DNA of 64,000 nucleotides from Arenicellales bacterium (GTDB lineage: Bacteria > Pseudomonadota > Gammaproteobacteria > Arenicellales > JAJDZL01): positions 550,149 through 614,148 of the forward strand of contig OX638343.1 of assembly GCA_951813075.1 (NCBI GenBank), read 5' to 3'. Under the pieces are notes generated by a model. That model saw only the letters and a program-made list of their open reading frames with translations, was not told the DNA's origin and ran no database searches. Position 1 is the first letter of the stretch. Every line of letters starts with the position of its first letter. Of this stretch, positions 20,031 through 30,696 are shown one piece after another. Made by a program: the position numbers and the translations under genes.

Positions 20031-20801
20031 ATGCCAACCCAGCCAGATCATGAACTCATCGATTCAGTACTGGAAGCAAATCTTCCGGATCACGTCGCAA
20101 TCATCATGGATGGCAATGGACGCTGGGCGAACCGTCGAGGCATAAGCCGGCTTGAAGGTCATCGCCAAGGCGTGAAAAACGTCCGTACCATTGTAGAACT
20201 GTGCGGTCGTCTCAATATTTCCTATCTGACCCTGTTTGCTTTCTCCAGCGAGAACTGGAAAAGACCAAGGAAGGAAGTGCAATGGCTCATGCGCTTGCTG
20301 TCAACCGCTCTCGACTCGGAGGTGAAGAAATTACACGCCGAAGGCATTAGTCTGAATTTCATCGGTGACCTCTCGAATTTGTCCGGAGCTATCCAAGAGA
20401 AAATTCAAAAATCTGTACAGTTAACCGAGTCAAATCGAAATATGCAGCTGACAATCGCGATCAATTACGGAGGTCAATGGGATTTGACTCAAGCGTGTCG
20501 AAAAATTGCTGATCAGGTAAAACACAATCGGTTGGCGATCGAAGACATTTCCCCGGATAGGATTGCTGGACAACTCAGCACAGCGCCCATGCCCAACCCC
20601 GATTTTTTTATCCGCACTGGTGGAGAGAAGCGGATTAGCAACTTTACCCTGTGGCAGTTGGCATATACAGAACTCTATTTCACAGACGCTTATTGGCCGG
20701 AATTCGATGAACAGGCCTTTCTGCAAGCATTGAAATCGTACAGCTCGCGGGTTCGACGATTTGGTGGAATAGTCCAAGAACCTGCCGCAACCGAAAAATA
20801 G
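20031..20801 (+). CDS. uppS: di-trans,poly-cis-undecaprenyl-diphosphate synthase
   Basis: Diagnostic motifs are HVAIIMDGNGRWA, FAFSSENWKRP and IRTGGEKRISNFTLWQLAYTELYF. Confidence 0.95.
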   Translation: MPTQPDHELIDSVLEANLPDHVAIIMDGNGRWANRRGISRLEGHRQGVKNVRTIVELCGRLNISYLTLFAFSSENWKRPRKEVQWLMRLLSTALDSEVKKLHAEGISLNFIGDLSNLSGAIQEKIQKSVQLTESNRNMQLTIAINYGGQWDLTQACRKIADQVKHNRLAIEDISPDRIAGQLSTAPMPNPDFFIRTGGEKRISNFTLWQLAYTELYFTDAYWPEFDEQAFLQALKSYSSRVRRFGGIVQEPAATEK

Positions 20802-20802
20802 C

Positions 20803-21612
20803 ATGCTTAGACAGCGTATCGTTACTGCGGCGATTCTCGTTGCTGTTTTTCTTGCCGGACTATTCCTGCTTCCACCCAAGTGGTTTGTGCTGCTGCTGCT
20901 GGCTGTCGGTGCAATGAGTGCTGTAGAAGCGACGCGACTTTGCGATATTCAAAGCCGAGCTGGACAGGTGGTTTTTGTACTGACTTTTATCGTCCTCAGC
21001 TATTCGCTGTACAAGATTCGAAATCACGATCTGGTTATTTTTGTCTATGTCGTTGCAGTCATGACATGGTTGATAATACTTTGGTTGCTCGCCACCCATC
21101 CCCGGCATCAGGAACGCCGATTCCTGTTTGTTTCACTGACAGTTTTATCGCTATCGTTCGCAATTTTTGCAATTTCTGATCTCATGCTTACCGTCGACAA
21201 CGGTGCATTGTGGATTCTAGGTATGTTTGGTGTCATTTGGATTGCGGACGCAGCAGCATATTTCACAGGCCGTCGATTCGGAGCACGGAAACTGGCGCCG
21301 CGAATCAGTCCCGGGAAAACAATCGAAGGTTTTAAAGGTAGCCTGTTCGTAATTTTTGCATTCAGCTTGGCTAGCGGAACTATCTTATGGGAGAACAGTT
21401 ACGGTCGAATTTTACTGTGGGTATTGATCTGCCTGATCGTAGCAGCATTCTCGGTAATTGGGGACTTGTTTATCAGCATGAATAAGAGAATCGTCGGCGT
21501 TAAGGATAGCGGCAAGCTGTTGCCGGGGCATGGAGGAATTCTGGACAGAATAGACAGCACGCTTTCGGCAGCCCCGATCTACACGCTTTGTGTCACAGTG
21601 TTTTTCGCCTGA
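20803..21612 (+). CDS. cdsA: phosphatidate cytidylyltransferase
   Basis: The protein is polytopic membrane-spanning and carries the C-terminal signature SMNKRIVGVKDSGKLLPGHGGILDRIDS. Confidence 0.9.
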   Translation: MLRQRIVTAAILVAVFLAGLFLLPPKWFVLLLLAVGAMSAVEATRLCDIQSRAGQVVFVLTFIVLSYSLYKIRNHDLVIFVYVVAVMTWLIILWLLATHPRHQERRFLFVSLTVLSLSFAIFAISDLMLTVDNGALWILGMFGVIWIADAAAYFTGRRFGARKLAPRISPGKTIEGFKGSLFVIFAFSLASGTILWENSYGRILLWVLICLIVAAFSVIGDLFISMNKRIVGVKDSGKLLPGHGGILDRIDSTLSAAPIYTLCVTVFFA

Positions 21613-21628
21613 GCCATTGGGAGATGTG

Positions 21629-22819
21629 ATGAGAACAATCCTGATACTTGGTGCGACCGGGAGTGTTGGGCAGCAGACGCTGGATGTTGTGCGGTTACAT
21701 CCAGACCAATTCAAAGTATCCACCCTGACAGCGCGTACTGCCAGCGAGACGCTGGTGAGAACTTGCGAAGAGTTTAACCCTGAGCATGTGGTAGTCGAGG
21801 GCGGGGAGGTCGCAAAGTTGGAAAGCAGGCTGAAGGATCGGAAAATTACAGCCGAGGTCGTGCCGGCGAGCGAATTGGAGAACTGCCAGCATCTATTCGA
21901 TGTCGACATTACCGTCACCGGAGTTACCGGAGCAGCTGGGCTTCGCCCTACATTGCAAGCGGTTCGGGCCGGCAAGACAGTATTGATTGTCAACAAGGAG
22001 CCTGTTGTCATGCTGGGACCCATGCTTCATCAGGAAGTTCGCAAATACGGCACAACTATCTTGCCGGTCGATAGTGAGCACAATGCAATTTTTCAGTGCA
22101 GTGGCAGTGCTACAGGTGAACGCTATGAACCTTTCTTCCCCATTCCTGGGCTCCGCAGAATCCTGCTTGCCGGAACCGGTGGTCCGTTTCGCGAAACAGA
22201 TCTGCACCTGCTCAACGAAATCACGCCGGAACAGGCTGTTGCGCATCCTATCTGGAATATGGGTGCAAAGATTTCCGTTGATTCTGCGACGATGATGAAC
22301 AAGGGCCTGGAAATCATCGAGGCACGATGGTTGTTTGACGCCGATGCGGACCAAATTAAAGTCGTTGTCCATCCTCAAGGGATCGTCCATTCCCTGGTGG
22401 AATATCAGGACGGTTCTGTAATCGCTCAGTTGGGAATGCCGGATATGCGCATTCCGATCGCGAATGCGTTGTTTTGGCCTGAACGTAAGGAGAGCGGCGC
22501 ACCCTATCTGGATCTGATGAGCATCAGCGCACTTACCTTTGAACCACCGAATTTCAAACGATTTCCCTGTTTGAGGCTGGCTGAGGAAGTGGCAAGAAAA
22601 GGTGGAACATCAGCCACCGTGATGAATGCAGCAAATGAAGTGGCCGTCGATGCGTTTTTATCTCACCGGCTACGCTTCACGGAAATTTCTGACCTGGTAG
22701 AAAAATGCGTCGACCGGTTGGGAGACGAGAGAGTGGAATGTATCGAAAAAATACTTGAAATTGATACAATTACACGGCAAATTGCTGGCCAGTATGTCAA
22801 ACAATCTAAAGTCAGTTAA
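21629..22819 (+). CDS. dxr: 1-deoxy-D-xylulose 5-phosphate reductoisomerase
   Basis: The N-terminus is MRTILILGATGSVGQQTLDV, and DSEHNAIFQC and HPIWNMGAKISVDSATMMNKGLE are present. I preferred the internal ATG to the ORF-track start at 21590, which lies inside cdsA. Confidence 0.94.
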   Translation: MRTILILGATGSVGQQTLDVVRLHPDQFKVSTLTARTASETLVRTCEEFNPEHVVVEGGEVAKLESRLKDRKITAEVVPASELENCQHLFDVDITVTGVTGAAGLRPTLQAVRAGKTVLIVNKEPVVMLGPMLHQEVRKYGTTILPVDSEHNAIFQCSGSATGERYEPFFPIPGLRRILLAGTGGPFRETDLHLLNEITPEQAVAHPIWNMGAKISVDSATMMNKGLEIIEARWLFDADADQIKVVVHPQGIVHSLVEYQDGSVIAQLGMPDMRIPIANALFWPERKESGAPYLDLMSISALTFEPPNFKRFPCLRLAEEVARKGGTSATVMNAANEVAVDAFLSHRLRFTEISDLVEKCVDRLGDERVECIEKILEIDTITRQIAGQYVKQSKVS

Positions 22820-22855
22820 TTCCCGAATCTTCTATTCAAGCCAAAATACTCGAAT

Positions 22856-24220
22856 ATGTTTGAAGTAGTCAATAGCATCGTATTTTTCATCATTGCCATT
22901 GGTGCTCTCATCACGTTCCATGAGTTCGGGCATTTCTGGGTTGCGCGGAAAATGGGTGTGATCGTGCTTCGGTTCTCTGTTGGATTTGGTCCGTCAATTT
23001 GGAAACATGTTCCTAAAAATTCTCATACAGAGTATAGAATCGCTGCGATTCCACTTGGTGGTTATGTACGAATGCTTGACGGCAATCTTGACGAAATCAA
23101 TGATGAGTTGCGTCCGTTCGCGTACGACGCTCAACCGCTGTATAAGAGATCGGCAATCGTAGCGGCGGGTCCGCTGGCCAATTTTCTACTGGCAGCACTT
23201 TTGTACGGTGCGGTATTCGCAATCGGAACCGAGGGCATCCGCCCGATTGTTGGTGAAGTGGTTTCGGGCAGTCTTGCCGAAATGTCTGGATTTATGCAAG
23301 GTGATGAACTGCGCAAGGTTGACGGACGCGTGAACAGAAGCTGGGAGCAGCACCATTTTCATATTCTGAACAAGATTGTCAGCGGAAGTGTCATTGACTA
23401 CGAGGTATCGAGTCAAGGTGCTGAACGAATAGTAACAGTGGATTTCTCACAACTTGGCCAGGTTGATCTGAATTCAGGATCACTTGAGTCGCTATTGGGT
23501 ATGTACCCCGAAATGCCGTTGATTCAGGCGATCGTCGGAGAAGTGGTCGATGGTTATCCAGCACAAGCTGCTGGCATGCAACCGGGTGATAGGATCATGA
23601 GCATCAACGGCGAGGTCGTCCGGAGTTGGGTAGATCTAGTCAGTTTTGTAAGCAATTCGGCAGAATCGGCCTTGTTGATCAATTTGCTGCGTGATGGGGA
23701 ACCTATTGAGATATTGCTGGAACCAAGAACAGTTGAGGTGGACGGGAAACAGGTCAAACAGATCGGAATCAAGGTCAACCCCGATCAACAGTTTTCGAAT
23801 TCTGATCACATTGTCGTTATCAGATACAACCCGATTGAAGCAATTGCCAGAGGCTTTGAATCGATGTGGTCCACTACCGTATTGACCGTTAAAATGCTTT
23901 ACAGTCTGCTAAAATTTGAACAGTCTGCTGATTCAATCGGTGGTCCAATCGCAATCGCGGATTATGCCGGAAAGGCAGCACAGGCTGGAGTCAATAACTT
24001 TCTGACCTTCCTCGCGCTGTTGAGCATAAGTCTGGGATTGTTGAATCTGTTACCGATCCCGGTATTGGACGGTGGACATCTTATGTTTCATCTTTACGAG
24101 GCATTGGTTGGATCACCTCCAACAGAGCGGATGCTGGTGTGGGCAAACCAGATCGGATTCGCGTTGCTGATTGGACTGATGGGGCTGGCTTTCTACAACG
24201 ATCTATCCCGAATATTCTGA
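22856..24220 (+). CDS. rseP: RIP zinc metalloprotease RseP
   Basis: It has the HExxH motif in HEFGHFWVARKMG, PDZ-like central regions, and the C-terminal motif LNLLPIPVLDGGH. Confidence 0.93.
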   Translation: MFEVVNSIVFFIIAIGALITFHEFGHFWVARKMGVIVLRFSVGFGPSIWKHVPKNSHTEYRIAAIPLGGYVRMLDGNLDEINDELRPFAYDAQPLYKRSAIVAAGPLANFLLAALLYGAVFAIGTEGIRPIVGEVVSGSLAEMSGFMQGDELRKVDGRVNRSWEQHHFHILNKIVSGSVIDYEVSSQGAERIVTVDFSQLGQVDLNSGSLESLLGMYPEMPLIQAIVGEVVDGYPAQAAGMQPGDRIMSINGEVVRSWVDLVSFVSNSAESALLINLLRDGEPIEILLEPRTVEVDGKQVKQIGIKVNPDQQFSNSDHIVVIRYNPIEAIARGFESMWSTTVLTVKMLYSLLKFEQSADSIGGPIAIADYAGKAAQAGVNNFLTFLALLSISLGLLNLLPIPVLDGGHLMFHLYEALVGSPPTERMLVWANQIGFALLIGLMGLAFYNDLSRIF

Positions 24221-26628
24221 TGAAGATAAATATACTTTGCCTTAGTTTGTCTCTCATGCTTTTGTGCACAATTGCAAAAGCAATGGAACCGTTTGTGATC
24301 GAGGATATCAAGATTGAGGGATTGCAAAGAGTTACGGCTGGGGCTGTATTCGTCGCATTACCAGTTCGCGTCGGTGACGAGATGAACGATCAGGTCTCCA
24401 ACATGGCTATCCAATCTCTCTATGCAACTGGTCTTTTTGATGATGTGCAACTCCGAAGGGAAGATAACATTTTGATCGTCTCGGTTGTTGAACGCCCGAC
24501 TATCGCATCCATCGAAATCGAAGGAAACAAGAAAATCAAGGATGAAGCTATTGAATCAGCGTTGCAGGCTGGCGGCATGGAAGCCGGCGATATCTATAAC
24601 CCCGATACAGTCGAGAGCTTCATTGCTGAATTGAAACAAGCCTATGTCGAAGTCGGACATTTCTCGGTGGATATAACCGTCGACGTCATACCACTTGAAC
24701 GAAATCGTGTCGATCTGCTGATCACTGTTTTTGAAGGCGAAGTCGCGTTGATCAAAGAAATTCAGATCATCGGGAACATCAATATCCCTGAAGAAGAAAT
24801 TCTTGACGTGATGGAACTCACCACGAAAAAGACGCTAGGTTTGCTGAACAGGAACAATCGCTACAATCGAGAGAAATTGCGGGCAGACCTGGAAGCGATA
24901 GTCAATCACTATCACAATATGGGTTATATCAATGTCTCCATTGTTTCCTCTCGCGTCTTCATTGCAGATGACAGAGATGGGATTCTAATCGTCATCACGT
25001 TGTCGGAAGGATCACAGTTCCGCTTTGGAAATTCCCAGATCAATGCCTTGAATAATGTTGTTGATCAGGCTCAGTTAGACCATTTGATTGAAGTTGTGCC
25101 GGGTGATCTGTATTCATTCGATCAAGTCAGCAACACCCGAAACAGAATCACCGCTGAATTTGCGAATGAAGGATTCGCGAGAGCTCAGGTCGACCCGTTG
25201 CCTACGATCAATGACGAACAGAGAACAATTGATGTGAACTACGTTGTCAACCCTGGGCAGTTGACACATGTTCGGAGAATCACGATCACTGGAAACATTA
25301 CTACGGACGACGAGGTGATTCGCCGGGAAATGCGAATCTACGAGGGGGGTCAATATTCTTCGGAGCAAATACAACAATCCAGAGCGCGACTAGGTCGATT
25401 GGGTATATTCACAACAGTAGATATCCAAGTTGTTGATGTGCCTGAAGCGGATGATCAGGTTGACCTGGTTGTTGAAGTTGAGGAGAGCCTCACTGGCACG
25501 TTACTATTCGGAGTCGGATACAGTGATTCCAACAAAGCATCATTCAATTTCAGTATCACTCAAAGGAACCTATATGGAACCGGCAAGGAACTGTCGATGA
25601 GCGCGGACCTCGGGAAAGTAACAAATTCGCTGCTGATCGACTATACGAATCCATATTACACACTGGATGGTGTTGCTCGTGGATTCACCCTTGAGCACGA
25701 AGAATCGGACACTTCAAACACTTCTGAAACCTCGATCTACAACCTTGACTGGACACAGTTGGGGATCAACTACAGATTCCCGATTACAGAAGTGTCCAGT
25801 GTCGGTGTTGCTTTTTCCGGATCACAATATAAACTCGCTGGCATTGCAGGTTCTGTAACTGATAGCACCAAAACCGATTATCGCATTCATGATTTCAGGA
25901 TCACTGACCCTAAAGGAAATCTGGGAGTCGGCACAATCACTTATCGTCGAGATACCCGCAACCGCGCCATATTCGCTTCAAGTGGTAATGAATTGAATGT
26001 ATCTGTGCGAACTTCTGCCGGCGATCTGGATAACTACAGGGTAAGCGGCAGTTATTCTCATTATATTCCGATGGCCAGTGGCATGACTCTGCGCCTCAGC
26101 AGTCGTGTTGACTACGGCAGTAACGGAATGCCATTCTTTCAGAATTACTACATGAGCGGTTCAGCGTCGCTGCGTGGCTTCGACAGTATATCTTTGGGAC
26201 CCAAGGAAATTTGTCGCACCACTACCTCGACTCCTCCGATTACGTCCACATATGATAACTGTGATAGTGCACGCGCCATTGGTGGTGATTTGCGTGTGGT
26301 GGGACGCGCTGAACTGTATCTACCGTTTTTTGGTACGCGCGACAGCGATGACAAACGCTTTTCGGTGTTCCTCGATAGTGGCAATACATTCATGAGTTCC
26401 GGCAAACACTATGGCGCAGCCTACGCGTCGCAACAAGGGGGTCGAGCAAACTTCGACGGGCATGAGAAATTCAGCTTCAGTCAATTGCGTGCTTCTGTTG
26501 GGGCAGGATTCGAGTGGCTCTCGCCGATCGGTCCATTTGGCATCAGTTATGCTATACCAGTCAGGGAAAAGCCCGGAGACGAGACAGACAAGTTTCAGAT
26601 CACTTTAGGGTATCTTCAAGGAGACTAA
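24220..26628 (+). CDS. bamA: outer membrane protein assembly factor BamA
   Basis: The signal peptide MKINILCLSLSLMLLCTIAKA is followed by POTRA repeats and a C-terminal beta-barrel. The ATG shares one base with the rseP stop (TGATG). The ORF-track start at 24139 was rejected. Confidence 0.94.
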   Translation: MKINILCLSLSLMLLCTIAKAMEPFVIEDIKIEGLQRVTAGAVFVALPVRVGDEMNDQVSNMAIQSLYATGLFDDVQLRREDNILIVSVVERPTIASIEIEGNKKIKDEAIESALQAGGMEAGDIYNPDTVESFIAELKQAYVEVGHFSVDITVDVIPLERNRVDLLITVFEGEVALIKEIQIIGNINIPEEEILDVMELTTKKTLGLLNRNNRYNREKLRADLEAIVNHYHNMGYINVSIVSSRVFIADDRDGILIVITLSEGSQFRFGNSQINALNNVVDQAQLDHLIEVVPGDLYSFDQVSNTRNRITAEFANEGFARAQVDPLPTINDEQRTIDVNYVVNPGQLTHVRRITITGNITTDDEVIRREMRIYEGGQYSSEQIQQSRARLGRLGIFTTVDIQVVDVPEADDQVDLVVEVEESLTGTLLFGVGYSDSNKASFNFSITQRNLYGTGKELSMSADLGKVTNSLLIDYTNPYYTLDGVARGFTLEHEESDTSNTSETSIYNLDWTQLGINYRFPITEVSSVGVAFSGSQYKLAGIAGSVTDSTKTDYRIHDFRITDPKGNLGVGTITYRRDTRNRAIFASSGNELNVSVRTSAGDLDNYRVSGSYSHYIPMASGMTLRLSSRVDYGSNGMPFFQNYYMSGSASLRGFDSISLGPKEICRTTTSTPPITSTYDNCDSARAIGGDLRVVGRAELYLPFFGTRDSDDKRFSVFLDSGNTFMSSGKHYGAAYASQQGGRANFDGHEKFSFSQLRASVGAGFEWLSPIGPFGISYAIPVREKPGDETDKFQITLGYLQGD

Positions 26629-26633
26629 ATTAA

Positions 26634-27275
26634 ATGGGTGACCCAAGACTCTATTCACGGTGGATGTTGTCAACGGTTTTCGTTGCTTTATTATTCACTC
26701 AAGGTGTCGCCGATGCTCAGAATTCGACATCTTCGACTGAATCGAGTACGACAACCCCTTCCGTTACTATCACACAAGATTCGCTGAACGAGCAGAATTC
26801 GTTTTCTCTCAGTTCCAAATCAAATAATTCACTAAGAATCGGCTATATCAACGCTAATGTCCTGATCAATGAAGCACCCCAAGGAAAGATAGCGTATGCG
26901 TTGCTTGAGGAAGAATTCGCCGAACGCAAGGCTGAATTAGAAGCAATGGAGATGAATCTGGAACTGATTGCGAATAACCTTGAGGTAGAAGAAGATCCCG
27001 ACGAACGAACGAAGTTGGAAAAAAATCTCAGATCGGGCAACAGAGAATTCGAACGGGGCAAACTGGACTATGAGGAAGATTTCAATTATCGCCGAAACGA
27101 GGAATTGACCAAACTCCAGAACTTTATCAGCGAAGTCATTCTGAAACTAGCAAAAGACGCAGAATTTGACCTGATCGTTCAGGAACCGGTAGTTTGGGCT
27201 AGCGATGAAATCGATATTACAGATGAAATACTGAACATACTTGATGAATTACGGAAGAAAGCTGAGTCCCAGTAA
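26634..27275 (+). CDS. skp: OmpH/Skp family periplasmic chaperone
   Basis: It has a signal peptide and a coiled-coil Lys/Glu-rich body, and sits in the conserved position between bamA and lpxD. An extra Ser/Thr-rich segment follows the signal peptide. Confidence 0.8.
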   Translation: MGDPRLYSRWMLSTVFVALLFTQGVADAQNSTSSTESSTTTPSVTITQDSLNEQNSFSLSSKSNNSLRIGYINANVLINEAPQGKIAYALLEEEFAERKAELEAMEMNLELIANNLEVEEDPDERTKLEKNLRSGNREFERGKLDYEEDFNYRRNEELTKLQNFISEVILKLAKDAEFDLIVQEPVVWASDEIDITDEILNILDELRKKAESQ

Positions 27276-28299
27276 AACAAATACAAAAAAATGGACACTC
27301 TCGGAATTAGCAGGACAGGTGAGCGGGTGTGCGGAAGGTAATGCAGAAAAGTCAGTGACACATGTCGATGAGTTGCAGCTCGCAACAGAAGATGCCATTA
27401 GTCACTGCTCGACTTTCGCCCAGAAGAAATTCTTAAAATCCACATCAGCGGGAATAGTGATTCTACCCGAAGGAAACAATTGGGATTACGATGGAGATCG
27501 CATTATTGCCAAGAATTCACGTATCGCTTTCGCGCAGATTGTTGATCTGATGCATCCTGAACCTGCAATCGGTCGGCCGTATATCGACGAGTCGGCGTCG
27601 GTGCATCCAACCGCCACAATTGCCGAGTCAGCAATTATTGAATCCAATGTTGTCATAGGAAAGAATACCGAAATTGGCGAAAACGTGATTGTCGGTGCTG
27701 GAACGGTCATAGGACATGATGTCTGCATCGGCCAAAGTACAACGATTGATTTCAACGCATCCATCTATCGTTACAGCATCATCGGTAAAAATTGTCGCAT
27801 TTATTCAGGTGTTGTACTCGGTGCATCCGGTTTCAGTTATGAGCGAGATGACAATGAATGGAGGCTCATTAAAAATATCGGCGGTGTTACTATCGGCGAT
27901 AATGTGGACATAGGAGCATCCACCAGCATCGACCGTGGCTCGATCAGAGACACAATTATCGGAAATGGTGTGAAAATCGACAACAATGTCCAAATCGGTC
28001 ACAATGTGGAAATCGGTGATGATTCGCTCATCGTAGGTAATGTAGGTATTGCTGGGAGTGCAAAAATCGGTAAGCGTTGCATTCTGGGAGGACAGGTCAG
28101 TATAGTCAGTCACGTCGAAATTACTGATGATGTAACTGTGCAAGCGTGCAGTTTGATTACAAAGTCGATTTCCGTCAGCGGGACATATTCATCGAGTATT
28201 CCGGCTAAAGAAGCGTCAGAGTGGAAGCGTAATTTGGCAGGACTTTCTAGAATGATCAAAAACAACTATTCACCTGGTTCAACGCGCAGACCAGATTGA
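27241..28299 (+). CDS. lpxD: UDP-3-O-(3-hydroxyacyl)glucosamine N-acyltransferase
   Basis: The N-terminal region TLSELAGQV is LpxD-like, and a long hexapeptide-repeat beta-helix follows (IGDNVDIGASTSIDRGSIRDTIIGNGVKIDNNVQIGHNVEIGD). The only in-frame start is ATGATG at 27241, which overlaps skp, so the start is somewhat uncertain. Confidence 0.9.
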   Translation: MMNYGRKLSPSKTNTKKWTLSELAGQVSGCAEGNAEKSVTHVDELQLATEDAISHCSTFAQKKFLKSTSAGIVILPEGNNWDYDGDRIIAKNSRIAFAQIVDLMHPEPAIGRPYIDESASVHPTATIAESAIIESNVVIGKNTEIGENVIVGAGTVIGHDVCIGQSTTIDFNASIYRYSIIGKNCRIYSGVVLGASGFSYERDDNEWRLIKNIGGVTIGDNVDIGASTSIDRGSIRDTIIGNGVKIDNNVQIGHNVEIGDDSLIVGNVGIAGSAKIGKRCILGGQVSIVSHVEITDDVTVQACSLITKSISVSGTYSSSIPAKEASEWKRNLAGLSRMIKNNYSPGSTRRPD

Positions 28300-28328
28300 T
28301 CAAAACTTTTTTGGAGCAATAAGCAAAG

Positions 28329-28769
28329 ATGCCATCTCTGTCAACAATTGAAATAAAGGAACTACTCCCGCACAGGTATCCAATGTTGATGATCGACCGA
28401 GTTGTTGATTATTCGGACGATTCTTTAGTGGCTATCAAGGCAGTAAGCGTCAATGAACCTGTATTTCAGGGGCATTTTCCACATTGGCCGGTTTTCCCCG
28501 GAGTACTCATACTCGAATCCATGGTGCAGGCATCGGCCATCATGGCGAGTCTCGCTCTCGGCGCAAAATCCGATGACAATCGAGTTTATCTGTTTGCAGG
28601 AGTTGACAAGGCACGCTTCAAAAGACAGGTTATACCAGGCGATTGCATCAGGATTGAAACACGTACTGTGCGAAAGATAAAAGATATGTGGAAAACAGCT
28701 GCAGATGCAAAGGTTGATGATGTCATTGTATGTACTGCTGAAATGTTGTTCACTTTTCAGGAACTGTGA
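28329..28769 (+). CDS. fabZ: 3-hydroxyacyl-ACP dehydratase FabZ
   Basis: Diagnostic motifs are LLPHRYPMLMIDRV and FQGHFPHWPVFPGVLILESMVQ. Confidence 0.95.
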   Translation: MPSLSTIEIKELLPHRYPMLMIDRVVDYSDDSLVAIKAVSVNEPVFQGHFPHWPVFPGVLILESMVQASAIMASLALGAKSDDNRVYLFAGVDKARFKRQVIPGDCIRIETRTVRKIKDMWKTAADAKVDDVIVCTAEMLFTFQEL

Positions 28770-29540
28770 ATGATTGATCCGACGGCGCTCGTAGCATCGG
28801 ATGTCAAGATTGGCGACAATGTCAGAATCGATGCCTATGTAACGGTGGAAGACGATGTTGAGATCGGCGCCGATTCACATATCGGCAGCCATTCGGTCAT
28901 ACGCAGTCACACCAGGATAGGCGAGGGCAACCGCATTCATGAATTCGCTGTAATTGGCGGTGAACCTCAGTCCATTGACTATCAAGGAGAAGTGACCAAA
29001 CTCACGATCGGCGATAACAACATCATCCGTGAATTTGTCACGATCAGTCGCGGAACGGCACACGATCGTCGCGTTACCACCATCGGAAACAACAACTACT
29101 TGATGGCTTACGTACACATCGGGCATGATTGCGACATTGGGGATAATTGTGTATTTGTGAACGGCACGAACATTGCCGGACATGTCACAGTCGGTCATTA
29201 CGCATTCCTGAGCGGATTCACCATGATTCATCAGAGTTGTCGCATTGGAATGCACTGCATGTCCGGGATTAATACAGTGCTTCGCCAGGATGTCGCACCG
29301 TTTGTCACTGTCAGTGGCAATCCTGCCCGTTCAGTTGCAATCAATTCACGCGGACTTTCTCGAAGAGGGATAAGTCAGCAATCCATCACAGCTTTGAATA
29401 GAGTCTTCAAAGCGTTCTTTCGTAAGAACATCAATCTGGACAAGTTGGTGCGAACGCTCGACAAAGAGACCGCAGAAGATGACTGCGTTCAAACCTTGCT
29501 GGATTTTCTTGAATCGACTGAACGCGGGGTTGTACGATAG
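28770..29540 (+). CDS. lpxA: acyl-ACP--UDP-N-acetylglucosamine O-acyltransferase
   Basis: The N-terminus MIDPTALVASDVKIGDNVRI is followed by hexapeptide repeats, GGEPQSIDYQGE, and a helical C-terminal domain. Confidence 0.95.
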   Translation: MIDPTALVASDVKIGDNVRIDAYVTVEDDVEIGADSHIGSHSVIRSHTRIGEGNRIHEFAVIGGEPQSIDYQGEVTKLTIGDNNIIREFVTISRGTAHDRRVTTIGNNNYLMAYVHIGHDCDIGDNCVFVNGTNIAGHVTVGHYAFLSGFTMIHQSCRIGMHCMSGINTVLRQDVAPFVTVSGNPARSVAINSRGLSRRGISQQSITALNRVFKAFFRKNINLDKLVRTLDKETAEDDCVQTLLDFLESTERGVVR

Positions 29541-29559
29541 AACATTGTCAGGTGAGCGG

Positions 29560-30696
29560 GTGGTGAAGCGGATTAGCATGGTAGCGGGTGAGGCGTCCGG
29601 CGACAATCTCGCTGCAGGGCTCATTCGAGCAATGAAACAGCAAAATTTGGATTTTGAAGTGTCCGGTATCTGCGGTCCAGCGATGATCGCGGAAGGCGCT
29701 ACCGCCTTGTACACCATCGACGCAATAAATAACATAGGTATTGATGGTCTGCTCAGTCGGATTCGAAGTATTCTGGCAATCCGCAAAAATCTGGTGGAAA
29801 GACTTCTGGAAAACAAACCCGATATTTATATTGGCATCGATGCGCCTGATTTTAATCTTGGTGTTGAAAAAAAATTGAGAAAAGCGGGTATTCCAACAGT
29901 GCAGTACGTAGGCCCATCAATTTGGGCGTGGCGCGGTTATCGAATTCATAAGATCAAGCAGGCGGCGAGCAAAATTCTGACAATCTATCCTTTCGAAGAA
30001 AAAATCTACGAACGCGCTCAGGTGCCATTTGCCTATGTCGGACATCCGCTGGCAGACGAAATTACAGTTGACTCACTGGATCAAGTGCGAAGCAAATTCC
30101 AATTTGACGACCGCGATACGGTCATCGCTGTTCTTCCTGGGAGTAGAATGAGTGAAGTCAAGCAACTTGCAGACATCTTTGTCAAAACTGCATTAAAGCT
30201 TCAACAGACACATAAAAACATAAAATTTATCACACCGGTTGCAAGTAGCGAAATCCGATACGTTTTCAGCCAAAAAGTGAATGCCATTGCGCCATCTTTA
30301 CCGATTCAGATCGTTGACCGAAATTCAATCGAAGTGATTGCGGCAGCAGATGTCGTACTATTGGCTTCCGGAACAGCCGCTCTTGAAGCTGCACTGTGTC
30401 GCAAACCGGTTGTCGTTGCTTATCGAATTTCACTGGTATCACTGATCGTGCTCAAATTGCTCGGACATGTCGAACATTATTCGATACTGAATCACCTTGG
30501 GTCCGCGCCCGTTATTCCCGAATTCATGCAAGGAGATTGTACCGTTGATAATCTGGTCAGGGAAGTCAACAAATATCTGGAAGATTCCGCTTACAGAGAA
30601 CATGTTCTGGGTAAATTTGAAGAGTTCAGAAAGTCGCTGGAATGCAATGCCAGTGCAAGGGCGGCAGAGGAAATCGTCAGGATTCTTGGAAAATGA
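29560..30696 (+). CDS. lpxB: lipid-A-disaccharide synthase
   Basis: The N-terminal region (V)VKRISMVAGEASGDNLAAGLIRAMK is typical of LpxB. I chose the GTG at 29560 just after the lpxA stop. The ORF-track start at 29479 lies inside lpxA. Confidence 0.92.
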   Translation: MVKRISMVAGEASGDNLAAGLIRAMKQQNLDFEVSGICGPAMIAEGATALYTIDAINNIGIDGLLSRIRSILAIRKNLVERLLENKPDIYIGIDAPDFNLGVEKKLRKAGIPTVQYVGPSIWAWRGYRIHKIKQAASKILTIYPFEEKIYERAQVPFAYVGHPLADEITVDSLDQVRSKFQFDDRDTVIAVLPGSRMSEVKQLADIFVKTALKLQQTHKNIKFITPVASSEIRYVFSQKVNAIAPSLPIQIVDRNSIEVIAAADVVLLASGTAALEAALCRKPVVVAYRISLVSLIVLKLLGHVEHYSILNHLGSAPVIPEFMQGDCTVDNLVREVNKYLEDSAYREHVLGKFEEFRKSLECNASARAAEEIVRILGK

